DNA from: Candidatus Latescibacterota bacterium
GTDB lineage: Bacteria > Latescibacterota > UBA2968
Assembly (NCBI GenBank): GCA_965204745.1
Contig: OZ242010.1
Location: 4,928,001-4,992,000 of the forward strand
Reading direction: 5' to 3'
DNA: 64,000 bases
Each line of letters opens with the position of its first letter. The first letter of the stretch is position 1. The position numbers were made by a program, and so were the translations under genes. This document shows positions 10,091 through 20,986 of this stretch, piece after piece. Under the pieces are notes generated by a model, which was not told the DNA's origin, ran no database searches, and was given only the letters and a program-made list of their open reading frames with translations.

Positions 10091-12913
10091 TCACCGAAGC
10101 AAGTTGCTGAACAGGCGGTCGGCCACCGGGTCTTTGCCCAAGTTTTCCACAATGCGATGCGTGCACAGCGTGTACGCGCCCTGCCCATGCGCGATCTGCG
10201 TCAGGTTGGCGCCGTGGAACGCGGCGGTCACGCCCAAGTAATTTTGCTTGTGCTTGAGGCCCGCGTACCAGTCGTAGGTGATGTTGCCGCAGATCCAGTC
10301 GCTTTTGGGTTCGACGATGGACCATCGGGAAACGACATCGCGGTATTCCTGTCCCATCAGGCAGTTGGATGGCAGGCCGTCGTAAAACGGATGGTCTTTG
10401 ACCACATGGCTACACGGGGTCCACAGCCCTTTGGCAGAGTAGAGCACGAGCGCGAATGGGAGAATGGCGTCGCGTTCCACAAAGCGATACATGCGCCCTT
10501 CGCGTTCTCGCATTTTGAGAAGGGGCAATGGCGGCAGGTTGAGAAAGAGGGCATTGCCGCCGCGCGCCACCCATGCGGCGAGTTCTCGGAACCGCGCATC
10601 GGGGCGACCGTTCCACCCGTTGAGATTGACCAAAACGCGCTGTTCAACGGGCGTTTGGGGCGAGAAGGCCATCGCGCGGGGCACATGCCGGCCCAAGGCG
10701 CCGTTCATGTCGATCAGCGCGACGGGCGCATCAGGCACTTCGCATTTGTCCAAGACGTAAATGCTGGACTGGTTTTGGACTGGCGGGGCATCGGCAGGTG
10801 CGAAGACGAGTTCGATAGCGCATTTGCCCGCCGAGTTGCCGGCGTCGAGGTCGTAAGTGCCCAAATCGACAATGCCGTGGGGCGCGGCGATCTGTTCGCC
10901 GATGTCCAAGCGCGTTTGACCCTTGCCATCGGTTGCGCGGAGCGAGAGGTGGCCCCGGATGGCTTCTCGGTCATTGACAGACGTGAGCAGAATTTGCACG
11001 CGGTCGCCGGCATAGACATTTTGCGCGCTCGGCCGGATGGCGATGTAGTGGTCCGCGAACACGTCTTTGATGGCGTAATAGGGTTTTTTGGGATTGCGGA
11101 AATTGTCGATCAGGCCCGCGCCGAGCACCCAGTCCCCGTCGTTGAGCGCGTGGATGCCAATGCCCGCGATATCGGGGTTGATCCGACAGGCTTCGGCCAT
11201 GAGTTTGTTGCCGGTGGCGTGGACTGCCTGACACGCTTCGACAAAAGCGCGAAAATCGGGAAAGACCCGATCCGCGCCGGTTTCGGCAAAGACCGAGCGA
11301 TAGGAACGGTACAGCCGCTCGTGCATGCGGTAATCCGGGGTGATCGGATTGCCTTCTTTTTTGTACTGCTCAAAATTGGCCTCGAGGTCCGGGATGCTGC
11401 CATAACCGAGTTCTGAAATATTGGTCAGCAAATCCGGCTGAATTTTGCTGTTGGTAAATTGCCCGAGGGGCAACCTTAGGCGTTTGCGTTCGGCTTCGGT
11501 CTTGCCCAGCGCGAGCAGGTGGTCGTAATTTTCCTGTGCCATGGGCGCGCCTGGGTAGTTGTGGACGTCGTTGATGGTGGTCGGTTCATAGGCACCGGGC
11601 AGATAAACGCTACACCCGTCGGCAAAACCGCCGGCTTCGTCGATGATCAGGCGCGTGGGATCCAGATCGCGCACCTTGAGGGAGACGCTGTGTTTGAGGC
11701 GTTTGAGGCCGTCGCGGAGGATCTCGTTGAACATTTCCCACATGGCGATGCAGGGATGGTTGCGGTCGCGCTTGACCATTTCGATGGCTTCGTTTTCAAT
11801 GCGCCGCCCGGTGTCGGGCGTGATCTGCGGCCAATGGCCCATGCACTCGACCGGGAGCGCGCCCACAAACAGGACGCCTAATTCATCGGCGAGGTCATAC
11901 ACGATTTTGGGCTGGGGCTTGCGCCACGGGCGGATGGTGTTGAGGTTGCCGGCTTTGATGAGGGCAAATTCCTTTTTGAGCAATTCGACGTCTCGGGGAT
12001 AGGCGAGGGAATGCGGATAAAACGCCTCGTTGAACGCGGTTTTGAGGATGAGTTTTTTGCCGTTGAGGTAGAAGTGCTTGCCCGCTACCGTGAACGCGCA
12101 AAAGCCAAAGCGCGTTTCCTCGCGGTCGGATTGCGCGTTGTTGACCGCGACGGTTATTGTCGCCACGTAGAGGTTGGGATCGTCGAGATCCCAGAGTTTG
12201 TGGTCGTCAACCGCGACGGTCTCTGCGCGTTGCGTGCTGCCCGGGTTGAGGACCAGGGTTTTCTTTGCTGAAGCGACCGGGGTCTCGCCGCCAAACGGCG
12301 TGATCGTCCATTCGACCTCGGCGGTTTGGATGCTCATCGCCCGATTCTGAAATGTGCTAGTAAGGGTCGCAACACCGGTGGCGATGTCCGTGCTGACAAA
12401 TGTATCCGCGACGAAAATCGCGCCAGTGGCAATGAGGGACACGGGTTGCCAGATGCCTCCGGCAATGGCCCCGCGCCAGTGCGGCATGTGGTCGCGGCCC
12501 AAGCCGTCGATGACCACATCGCGGGTGATGATCGGCGTGACCACGCGCACGGCGATGAAATTTTCCCCGGCTGTGAGCAAGTCGCCGATTTCCAACTCAA
12601 ATCCCGTGTAGCCCCCTTCGTGCGCGCCAGCGGCCTCGCCATTGACCCAGACTTCTGCGCGGTAATTGACCGCCTCGAAGCGAATGCGAACGGTTTTGCC
12701 GCGCCAACTCTGGGGCAAGGTGACGATTTTGCCGTACCACGCCACGCCTTCGTAGTCTCGCACAAATTCTTCCAAACACGCGGGCACCGCGACCTGGACA
12801 ATGTCCGGGTGGCGGTGAAAATTTTCCCGATGTCGATAGTCGTGCATCTGGCCCTGGTTGTCGGGATCGAAGATGACGGACCAGGTACCGTCGAGAGAAA
12901 GCGTTTGTTTCAT
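10091..12913 (-). CDS. Glycoside hydrolase family 2
   Basis: SLDGTW, YEGVAWY, FEAVNY...HEGGYTGFE, GGIWQPV, RDRNHPCIAMWEMFNE. Confidence 0.9.
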   Translation of the reverse strand: MKQTLSLDGTWSVIFDPDNQGQMHDYRHRENFHRHPDIVQVAVPACLEEFVRDYEGVAWYGKIVTLPQSWRGKTVRIRFEAVNYRAEVWVNGEAAGAHEGGYTGFELEIGDLLTAGENFIAVRVVTPIITRDVVIDGLGRDHMPHWRGAIAGGIWQPVSLIATGAIFVADTFVSTDIATGVATLTSTFQNRAMSIQTAEVEWTITPFGGETPVASAKKTLVLNPGSTQRAETVAVDDHKLWDLDDPNLYVATITVAVNNAQSDREETRFGFCAFTVAGKHFYLNGKKLILKTAFNEAFYPHSLAYPRDVELLKKEFALIKAGNLNTIRPWRKPQPKIVYDLADELGVLFVGALPVECMGHWPQITPDTGRRIENEAIEMVKRDRNHPCIAMWEMFNEILRDGLKRLKHSVSLKVRDLDPTRLIIDEAGGFADGCSVYLPGAYEPTTINDVHNYPGAPMAQENYDHLLALGKTEAERKRLRLPLGQFTNSKIQPDLLTNISELGYGSIPDLEANFEQYKKEGNPITPDYRMHERLYRSYRSVFAETGADRVFPDFRAFVEACQAVHATGNKLMAEACRINPDIAGIGIHALNDGDWVLGAGLIDNFRNPKKPYYAIKDVFADHYIAIRPSAQNVYAGDRVQILLTSVNDREAIRGHLSLRATDGKGQTRLDIGEQIAAPHGIVDLGTYDLDAGNSAGKCAIELVFAPADAPPVQNQSSIYVLDKCEVPDAPVALIDMNGALGRHVPRAMAFSPQTPVEQRVLVNLNGWNGRPDARFRELAAWVARGGNALFLNLPPLPLLKMREREGRMYRFVERDAILPFALVLYSAKGLWTPCSHVVKDHPFYDGLPSNCLMGQEYRDVVSRWSIVEPKSDWICGNITYDWYAGLKHKQNYLGVTAAFHGANLTQIAHGQGAYTLCTHRIVENLGKDPVADRLFSNLLR

Positions 12914-12914
12914 G

Positions 12915-14375
12915 TTAGGGCCCCTGTTTGCCCGTTGCGATGATGCTGCCGGCGGGTGGAAGGCGGTCGAGGCGGTCGGGCAGATCGTCGCCAATGCCGC
13001 ACAGCCACGCCAGGAGTTGATCGCGCAGGTCGTTTTCCGGATCGGATGGTTGCGGTTGCCCGCTGAGATTTTTCATTTCGTGGGGATCGGTCTGGAGGTC
13101 GTAAAATTCGTCCGTGGCTTGCGGGTTCCACACGTATTTGTACCGCGCATTGCGAATCGCACGCACCTCAAAGCTGTACCCGTTGTAGCGGTAATAAACG
13201 CCGTAAGCCACTTGGTCCCAGCCGGATGGGCGCGTGGTCACGCCGACGAGGGGAAGGAGATCGCGGCCCGCGCGCGGTTGGTCACTAGGGGATTCCGCTC
13301 CGATCAGCGAAAACAGGGTCTCGCCGATGTCGAGCAACGAGACAAACGCATCTTGGGTCGCGGGCACCGCGTCGGGCATGCGGATGATGAGGGGAATGCG
13401 CCAGACTTCCTCGTAAAAATACGCGCCTTTGTCAAACCGATTGTGCGCGCCTTCCATGTCGCCGTGGTCAGACGCGAAAACGACGGCGGTCGAATCCGCG
13501 AGGCCGAGGCGGTCGATGGCGTCGAGCACGCGGCCAATGGCTTCATCGACCAACGCGATGTGGGCGTGGGAATAGGCGATGACGGTTTTCCATTCTTCAT
13601 CGTCCAAGGGCGAGGTGTCCATGCACCCCCACCACGGGGTCGCGTGAAACCACGGACGGCCCGCGCAGTTGTCGCGCAAATTCGCCGGCAGAACGACGCG
13701 CCTGCGGAGGTCACGGGCGAGTTCGACGTAGTCTTCCGGCAGGTGATGCGGGAAGTGGGGCGGCGCAGAGGATACAGTGAGAAAGAAGGGCGCGCTTTGG
13801 TCGCCCCGCGCCCAGGCCTCGAGAAATGCGACGCCTCGGTCGACCGTGGGGAAGGGTTGGAGGTGCTCTTTTGGCTGAGGCGAATCCCCCCAAAACGGCG
13901 CGCGCCCTCTGATGAGTCGCTCGGTTTGTTTGGCGTATTGGGCGACGGTTTTTTCGTACGCGTGGTCGCTCGTTTGCGGGTCGTAGGGTTTTGATCGGAT
14001 TTCGACATGGGGATCAAAGCCATGCGCGCCGCGCGTTTCCGGATTGATGTGCCCTAGGTGCCACTTGCCGTAGTAGCCGACGCGGTAGCCGAGGCGGACA
14101 GCTTCGTCGATCCATGTCTTTTGCTCCAGCGGCATGGATTCCTGAAGCGAATAGCCCACGGATTGGTTGTCGTACACCCCGGTTTGATGCGGCCATCGCG
14201 CCGTGAGCAAGGTGCCCCGCGCAGGCGTGCAAAGCGGACAAGACGTGAACGCCTGGGTAAAGACCGTGCCCGTACCCGCCAGCCGATCTATATTCGGCGT
14301 GGGAATATCCGCCCCGCGAAACCCAAATGCCCACGCAGGCCATTGGTCCGTGAGGATGAACAGTACGTTTTGCAT
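12915..14375 (-). CDS. Sulfatase (formylglycine-dependent)
   Basis: NVLFILTDQ, CTPARG (CxPxR), GKWHLG, SDHGD, YDLQTDPHEMKNL. Confidence 0.92.
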   Translation of the reverse strand: MQNVLFILTDQWPAWAFGFRGADIPTPNIDRLAGTGTVFTQAFTSCPLCTPARGTLLTARWPHQTGVYDNQSVGYSLQESMPLEQKTWIDEAVRLGYRVGYYGKWHLGHINPETRGAHGFDPHVEIRSKPYDPQTSDHAYEKTVAQYAKQTERLIRGRAPFWGDSPQPKEHLQPFPTVDRGVAFLEAWARGDQSAPFFLTVSSAPPHFPHHLPEDYVELARDLRRRVVLPANLRDNCAGRPWFHATPWWGCMDTSPLDDEEWKTVIAYSHAHIALVDEAIGRVLDAIDRLGLADSTAVVFASDHGDMEGAHNRFDKGAYFYEEVWRIPLIIRMPDAVPATQDAFVSLLDIGETLFSLIGAESPSDQPRAGRDLLPLVGVTTRPSGWDQVAYGVYYRYNGYSFEVRAIRNARYKYVWNPQATDEFYDLQTDPHEMKNLSGQPQPSDPENDLRDQLLAWLCGIGDDLPDRLDRLPPAGSIIATGKQGP

Positions 14376-14517
14376 ATCGACTCCTTCTAAATAGCCCTTG
14401 ATAGATGCACAAAAATTCACTATATTATACCACTTCTGACGCCCCTGTCGTACGCTCTTTTTCCCCTTTCCCACAACTTCACCTTCCCCACATGCCCATC
14501 AGGGTAAGGGATCTGCT

Positions 14518-16380
14518 ATGGCACTGTCAACAAAATCGCGCACCTCGAAATCTGCCCAACTCAACTTGCTCTCCCAATCCAAAGCCAGCAGCAATGGCGC
14601 GCACAATTACGACGAGAGCAAAATCAAAACCCTGTCATCGCTCGAGCACATCCGCTTGCGGACTGGCATGTACATCGGCCGGCTCGGATCGGGTGCAGAT
14701 CCGGACGATGGCATTTACGTTTTGCTCAAAGAAGTCGTGGATAATGCCGTGGATGAATTTATCGCCGGGTTCGGAAAAAAAATCGACGTCACGATCAATG
14801 CCAACCGCGTCAGCGTGCGCGACTATGGGCGCGGCGTTCCGCTCGGCAAAATTGTCGAATGCGTTTCCGTGATCAACACCGGTGCCAAGTACAACGACGA
14901 CGTGTTTCAATTCAGCGTGGGCCTCAACGGCGTGGGCACCAAAGCGGTCAACGCGCTCTCGACCGACTTTCGCGTGGTGGCCTATCGCGACGGCAAATAC
15001 GCCGAGGCCAGGTTTGAACGCGGGGAACTCGTGGCGCAACGGATGGGCAGAACCCGCGAACCCAATGGCTCGCTTTTTATTTTCGCGCCGGATCCGAAAA
15101 TTTTCGACGCGTACGACTACAATTTTGAATACGTGGAACGCCGCATGTGGACTTATGCCTGTCTCAACAGCGGGCTGACGCTGATTTTTAACGGCCAGAA
15201 ATTCACGTCCAAGCGCGGCCTGCTCGATTTTCTCAACCGCGAGGTCGATGATGCCGCGCTGTACGAACCCGCGTATTACAAGGGGCAATATCTCGAATTT
15301 GCCTTTACGCACACGTCCAACTACGGGGAAAATCACTTCTCGTTTGTCAACGGGCAATACACCAGCGACGGCGGCACGCATCAAAGCGCGTTTCGGGAGG
15401 GCGTCTTAAAAGGCGTCAACGAGTTTTACAAGAAGAATTACAGCGGCGTGGATGTGCGCGAGTCCATCAATGGCGCGGTGGCGGTCAAGCTCAAAGAACC
15501 CGTGTTCGAATCGCAGACCAAAAACAAACTCGGCAATACCGAAGTGCGGTCGTGGATCGTGGCGGAAACGCGCAGCGCGGTCGTGGATTTTCTCCACAAA
15601 AACGCCACCGCAGCGCGCATCCTTCAGGACAAGATCGACCGCAACGAGCAGTTGCGGAAAGAACTCAACGCGGTCAAGAAAGAGGCCAAAGAAGCCGCGC
15701 GCAAAGTCGCGATCAAAATCCCGCACTTCAAGGATTGCAAATACCACAAGGGCGACAAAGACCGCGGCGACGAATCGACCATTTTCATCACCGAAGGGCC
15801 ATCCGCTGCCGGGTCGATGGTCGCGGCGCGCGACGTGGCAACCCAAGCGATTTTCGGCCTCAAGGGCGTGCCCCTCAACGTGTTTGGGAAGACCAAAGCC
15901 GCGATCTACAAAAACGCCGAACTCTACAATCTCATGACCGCGTTGGGCATCGAAGACGCGGTTGAAAATCTGCGGTTCAACAAGGTGGTCATTGCCACGG
16001 ATGCGGACTACGACGGCTTCCACATCCGCAATTTGCTGATGACGTTCTTTCTCAACTACTTTGAAGAGCTCGTCACCTCGGGGCACGTCTATATTCTCGA
16101 AACGCCCATTTTTCGCGTGCGAAACAGCAAGGAGACGCGCTATTGTTACAGCGAAAAAGAACGCGACACTGCCATGGGCGCGCTGCAAAACCCCGAGGTC
16201 ACGCGCTTCAAGGGATTGGGGGAAATCTCCCCGAGCGAGTTCGGGCAATTCATCGGCCCGGACACGCGCCTCATCAAAGTGGGCGTGCGCGGCCTCGCCA
16301 CCATTCCCCATACCCTCGCATTTTACATGGGCAAAAACACGCCTGATCGCAGGGATTACATCGTGAAAAATTTGATTTGA
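14518..16380 (+). CDS. parE: DNA topoisomerase IV subunit B
   Basis: EHIRLRTGMYIG, EVVDNAVDE, GLNGVGTKAVN, TEGPSA, ATDADYDG, RFKGLGE; short Bacteroidetes/spirochaete-type ParE. Confidence 0.92.
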   Translation: MALSTKSRTSKSAQLNLLSQSKASSNGAHNYDESKIKTLSSLEHIRLRTGMYIGRLGSGADPDDGIYVLLKEVVDNAVDEFIAGFGKKIDVTINANRVSVRDYGRGVPLGKIVECVSVINTGAKYNDDVFQFSVGLNGVGTKAVNALSTDFRVVAYRDGKYAEARFERGELVAQRMGRTREPNGSLFIFAPDPKIFDAYDYNFEYVERRMWTYACLNSGLTLIFNGQKFTSKRGLLDFLNREVDDAALYEPAYYKGQYLEFAFTHTSNYGENHFSFVNGQYTSDGGTHQSAFREGVLKGVNEFYKKNYSGVDVRESINGAVAVKLKEPVFESQTKNKLGNTEVRSWIVAETRSAVVDFLHKNATAARILQDKIDRNEQLRKELNAVKKEAKEAARKVAIKIPHFKDCKYHKGDKDRGDESTIFITEGPSAAGSMVAARDVATQAIFGLKGVPLNVFGKTKAAIYKNAELYNLMTALGIEDAVENLRFNKVVIATDADYDGFHIRNLLMTFFLNYFEELVTSGHVYILETPIFRVRNSKETRYCYSEKERDTAMGALQNPEVTRFKGLGEISPSEFGQFIGPDTRLIKVGVRGLATIPHTLAFYMGKNTPDRRDYIVKNLI

Positions 16381-17300
16381 TGGTGAACGTTATGGCAAAG
16401 AAAAGCACATCGCCGATATTTTTGGACGAGGTGCCGACGGAAAGTGCCCATGTCGTTTATACCCGAAGCCGGCGGCGGATCGTGTTTGGATGGTACGGGG
16501 GCAAGTTTTCACATTTGGACTGGCTACTTCCCCTGCTTCCAAAGTGCCATCACTATTGCGAGCCCTTTGCCGGATCCGGGGCAGTGTTGCTCAATCGGGT
16601 GCCATCTCCTGTTGAAACGTACAATGACATCGACGGGGAGGTCGTCAACTTTTTTTGCGTGTTGCGCGACCAGCACGAAGAATTGATCCGGGCCATTGCG
16701 TTGACGCCATTTTCCCGAGAAGAATATTATCGCGCGATTTACGCGCCCCAAAATGGCATCGGCGATGTCGAGCGGGCCAGACGCTTTTACGTCAAAGCGC
16801 GACAGACCCGAACCGGGCTTGCCCAAACCGCGTCGCTGGGGCGTTGGGCGAATTGCAAAAATACGAGCCGCGCCGGCATGTCGGGCGTGGTTTCGCGCTG
16901 GCTCGGCGGCGTAGATGCACTCCACGACATTGCCCAACGCTTGTTGCGGGTTCAGATCGACAACCGACCTGCAAGCGATGTGATTCGCCTTTACGACAGT
17001 CCGCAGACCTTGTTCTATTGCGATCCCCCGTACTTGCATGCGACTCGGGGCGATGCGAAGGCGTACGGATTTGAGATGGATGAAACTCAGCACCGGGAAT
17101 TTGCGGAAATCGTCAATGCGTGCAACGGCATGGTCGCGGTTTCCGGCTATGCCCATCCCCTTATGGACGCGCTGTTCGAGCCGGGAAAATGGTTCAAAAC
17201 TCTGGGGCATCGCAAAACCATTCACTCCACCAAAGGCACGCGCCAAGAAGTGCTTTGGACGAATTACGACCCGCAAAAACAAATGGGACTGTTTGAATGA
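16380..17300 (+). CDS. DNA adenine methyltransferase (Dam/D12 class)
   Basis: WYGGK, EPFAGSGAV, YNDID, DPPY; start overlaps the parE stop (TGATG). Confidence 0.9.
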   Translation: MVNVMAKKSTSPIFLDEVPTESAHVVYTRSRRRIVFGWYGGKFSHLDWLLPLLPKCHHYCEPFAGSGAVLLNRVPSPVETYNDIDGEVVNFFCVLRDQHEELIRAIALTPFSREEYYRAIYAPQNGIGDVERARRFYVKARQTRTGLAQTASLGRWANCKNTSRAGMSGVVSRWLGGVDALHDIAQRLLRVQIDNRPASDVIRLYDSPQTLFYCDPPYLHATRGDAKAYGFEMDETQHREFAEIVNACNGMVAVSGYAHPLMDALFEPGKWFKTLGHRKTIHSTKGTRQEVLWTNYDPQKQMGLFE

Positions 17301-18418
17301 ATCCCGAAGAAATTTTGCGCGACATTTACGAACGCGCTGTGGCAACTTTGAACACCACTGTGATTCCCGACCCCGTCATAAGAGAGCGGGCGGATTATGT
17401 GTGTCGATGTCTGAGTAACCGCGCCGGTGCGCGTTTGCTCATGTCCTGTTTGCTTGGAAAACTCGACAATCCCGCTGTCGATCCGCGCAAACCATATACC
17501 GAGATCGGCGATGCGGATAGCTTTTCGGGTCGTACCTATGATGAGCGGTTTTTGACTAAGTTCATCAGCGAACACCGCTTGCCCGTCAATGTCACCACGG
17601 CATTTCTCACGCCGACACTGCGGAATATCGATCATCCCTTGACCACTGATCGAAAGTTGATCGGCAGGCCGCGCAAATTGTACGAAAAGACGCTCGAACT
17701 TCTCGAAGATGTGTTTGTGCAAAATATCGCCGCCGATGTGTTGTTTGTAGAGACCGTACGTGTTTTGCTACTGATGCGCGATGAAAAGCTGGCGCGCATG
17801 AACTCGTTGCTAAACGCATTGGCGCGAACCGAGGGTGCTTTGCCCTTGTCCTCTGAGGCTATTGTGACGCTGATCGACCAACACCTCGCCTGTAAAAACG
17901 CAAGTCGTTTACCAGTGTTGGTCGTGGCGGCTGCGTACGAAGCGGCGGGTACGCGCCTTTCTGAAAGCATGCTGCCGCTCAACCCACACACTGCCGCTGA
18001 TTTGCAAACCGGGTCATTGGGTGATGTGGAAATTTGTCTGATCGGCGAGGATGATGTTGTCACTGTATTCGAGATGAAGATGAAGCGCGTGACACAGGAC
18101 GATATTGACGCCGCAGTGATCAAACTATCCAGAGCATCGCATAAAATCCATAATTACCTGTTCGTGACGACGGAGGTTATCGATCCCATCGTAGCCGAAT
18201 ATGCGGCGACATTCTACGAGAAGACCGACGGAACCGAAATCGCCATTCTCGACTGTATGGGATTTTTGAGACATTTTCTGCATTTGTTCCACCGCATCCG
18301 CATTGACTATCTCAATGCCTACCAAGCGTTGGTATTGAATGAGCCAGATTCGGCTGTTAGCCAAACGCTCAAAGAGGTATTTTTAACGTTGCGACACACC
18401 GCTGAAAGTGGCGAGTGA
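17297..18418 (+). CDS. Putative type II restriction endonuclease (SacI-like family)
   Basis: Coupled (ATGA) to the MTase; SGRTYDE, HTAADLQTGSLGDVE...FEMK PD-(D/E)xK-like motif. Confidence 0.7.
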   Translation: MNPEEILRDIYERAVATLNTTVIPDPVIRERADYVCRCLSNRAGARLLMSCLLGKLDNPAVDPRKPYTEIGDADSFSGRTYDERFLTKFISEHRLPVNVTTAFLTPTLRNIDHPLTTDRKLIGRPRKLYEKTLELLEDVFVQNIAADVLFVETVRVLLLMRDEKLARMNSLLNALARTEGALPLSSEAIVTLIDQHLACKNASRLPVLVVAAAYEAAGTRLSESMLPLNPHTAADLQTGSLGDVEICLIGEDDVVTVFEMKMKRVTQDDIDAAVIKLSRASHKIHNYLFVTTEVIDPIVAEYAATFYEKTDGTEIAILDCMGFLRHFLHLFHRIRIDYLNAYQALVLNEPDSAVSQTLKEVFLTLRHTAESGE

Positions 18419-18434
18419 ACGGAGGAATTGTTTT

Positions 18435-20954
18435 ATGAATCCGTCAGTTGGTTTGATCGAAAAGGGGTGTGAGTTAAACATTATCGCCATTGACGAGGCA
18501 GAAGACAGAATTACGTATCGTCTTGGGAAGGAGAAGCAGTACGCTTGGAGCGATCCGGAGGAGAAAGTGCGTGCGGGCATTGTGCTCGACTTGATTTTCA
18601 ACTATCAATATTCTCCCCGACGTTTGGATACGGAAGTCGCCATTCCCAGTCGGACGCCCAAGCATTGGGCGGATGTGGTCGTCTTCAAGGATGATGGGCG
18701 CAAAGACCCATATATTACCATAGAGACAGCGGCCCCTCATATCACCGAAAGGGAGCGCGCCCAGAAAAGGGAGCAGTTGTTTGGGTATGCGAACGCGCTT
18801 GCCTCAGAGTTCGCGGTCTATGAAGACGCGGTATCGCCGAGAAAGCACTGGCGCGTGCGCGGATATGGCGGTTTGGAGCGCGATGAGAATATCATCGCCG
18901 ATATTCCGTCCAATTACGGCGACACGCCCGAGTACCGGTATTACCGTTCCAGCGATAGCGATCTCACACAGGTCAACGCTGCAGAACTCAATCGCATCTT
19001 CAATCAGTGTCACAATGTCTTGTGGTCGGGGGGCAAGTCGGACCCCACCGAATCCTTCGACGAAATGAGCAAGCTCCTGTTTGCCAAATTACACGATGAG
19101 CAACGCACGCGGAATGGCGAAGCCTACGATTTTCAATGGGGAAAAAATGAGACGGGCATCATGGTGGCGCAGCGCGTGCGTGATCGCTACCAAAAAGCGC
19201 GGGAACACACTCCTGGGATATTCGTCGCGGATATCGAAGCCGAGCCAGAGAAAATCGCAACGGTCGTGCAACTGTTGCAACGGGTTTCATTGCGCCGCAC
19301 GGATCCAGACGCGAAGGGCAGGGCTTTCGAGCAGTTTCTCGGCAATGTGTTCCGCGGGCGATTGGGGCAGTACTTTACCCGGCGCGAAATCGTGGATTGC
19401 CTCGTGGATATCATCGAACCTACGGATGACGACCTCTTGCTCGATCCTTCCTGTGGAAGCGGTGGCTTTTTGATCTATGCTATGAAGCGGATCTTCCAAA
19501 AAATCGAGATCGATTACGCAGGCGATGAGGCGACGATCTTGAACTTGAAAAAGAATTTTGCCCAACGGCGCATTTACGGCATAGAAATCAATGAGCGGAT
19601 AGCGCGAATCGCTATGATGGATATGGTTATCAATGAAGATGGGCATACGAATATTGAAAATCACACGGCATTAGACGACGCATTTGCCCATGACGAGATC
19701 AAAGACGGCGTTTTCTCTATGATTTTGACGAACCCCCCGTTCGGCAACCAAGTCATGCGCGGACAACGCGACCAACTTGGACGGGCGGACTTGGACGACT
19801 ACGTGCTCGCACAGGGCAGGTCTTCGGCGAAATCCGAATTGTTGTTCATCGAGCGATGTACGCGGTTTTTGCGGCCGGGAGGCAAGTTGGGCATCGTGTT
19901 GCCCGATGGCATTTTGTCCAATCCATCGGACAGGCGGGTTCGGGACTACCTGTTGGCGCATTTTCAAATCATCGCCATTATTTCGCTTCCCCATTATGCA
20001 TTTCGCATGGCGGGTTCTGGCATAAAGACGAGTATCGTCATTGCGCGAAAGTGGACGAGGGAGATGGACAGGGCCGCCGATTATCCGATGTTCATGGCAA
20101 TAGCCAAACGCATCGGCTACGACGCAACTGCGCGGCCCGACAGCAATGACTTGCCCGGTCTGGTGGCCCATTTTCGAGACCAGACCGGATCACTCGATGA
20201 GAATATCGTGCGCGTTTTTAGACGCGATATAATGGGAATGAAGCGACTCGATCCGCTTTACCATTACTTGGGGCCTATCATAGATAGGGAATTTGAGAAC
20301 ATTCCGCACCCGGTTCATTTGCTCAAATCCGTTGTGGAAGCGCCGATTCAAAGTGGAAAATCTCCGCAAGGGGGTGCGAAATACAGCATTGGGACAGTGC
20401 CTATCCTGTTGGTGGGCAATATCACGCCGCACGGGACATTGACGCTGGAAGACCTCGCGTACGCCGACGAGGATTTTTTTGAGTCCAATTGGGCTAAAGC
20501 AGGCGTTCGCCCCATGGACATCCTCGTCGCCAAAGATGGTGCGACGACGGGTAAAGTTGGATTGATACCTTCGGATTTCGAGATGGATCGGTGCTTGATT
20601 AGCGAGCATATCTTCAAATTCTCGGTCAGTGCTGTGCTTCCCGGTGATGAGGATATTCAAGGCGATGGATTTGAAGCGAAAAAACGCAATACCGATTACG
20701 TGTTCTTCTTTTTGAAATCCCATCTGGGACAACGACAAATCATCCGCGAAATATCGGGCGGTGCCCAAGGTGGCATTACCAAAGCATTCATGGAGAAAAT
20801 CCGCATCCCCATACTCCCCATCGCTGAACGCGTCCGTTTTGTCCAGCGTGCCCGCCAAGAGTATGACCACTACTTAACGTTGACAACGCGAGCGGAAGCG
20901 CAGTACGCGAGATTTGAAAACGCGCTTTCGTTCAGGGGTTTTGACGGGGCATGA
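18435..20954 (+). CDS. Fused R-M-S protein: HSDR_N-like domain + N6-adenine MTase + one target-recognition domain
   Basis: PEEKVRA...ADVVVF, GQYFTRR, DPSCGSGGF, NPPF, C-terminal TRD (DILVAKDGATTGKV); GGAGG RBS. Confidence 0.85.
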   Translation: MNPSVGLIEKGCELNIIAIDEAEDRITYRLGKEKQYAWSDPEEKVRAGIVLDLIFNYQYSPRRLDTEVAIPSRTPKHWADVVVFKDDGRKDPYITIETAAPHITERERAQKREQLFGYANALASEFAVYEDAVSPRKHWRVRGYGGLERDENIIADIPSNYGDTPEYRYYRSSDSDLTQVNAAELNRIFNQCHNVLWSGGKSDPTESFDEMSKLLFAKLHDEQRTRNGEAYDFQWGKNETGIMVAQRVRDRYQKAREHTPGIFVADIEAEPEKIATVVQLLQRVSLRRTDPDAKGRAFEQFLGNVFRGRLGQYFTRREIVDCLVDIIEPTDDDLLLDPSCGSGGFLIYAMKRIFQKIEIDYAGDEATILNLKKNFAQRRIYGIEINERIARIAMMDMVINEDGHTNIENHTALDDAFAHDEIKDGVFSMILTNPPFGNQVMRGQRDQLGRADLDDYVLAQGRSSAKSELLFIERCTRFLRPGGKLGIVLPDGILSNPSDRRVRDYLLAHFQIIAIISLPHYAFRMAGSGIKTSIVIARKWTREMDRAADYPMFMAIAKRIGYDATARPDSNDLPGLVAHFRDQTGSLDENIVRVFRRDIMGMKRLDPLYHYLGPIIDREFENIPHPVHLLKSVVEAPIQSGKSPQGGAKYSIGTVPILLVGNITPHGTLTLEDLAYADEDFFESNWAKAGVRPMDILVAKDGATTGKVGLIPSDFEMDRCLISEHIFKFSVSAVLPGDEDIQGDGFEAKKRNTDYVFFFLKSHLGQRQIIREISGGAQGGITKAFMEKIRIPILPIAERVRFVQRARQEYDHYLTLTTRAEAQYARFENALSFRGFDGA

Positions 20955-20986
20955 GTTGATCTCTCGTATTTGAAAAAGGAAAAACA

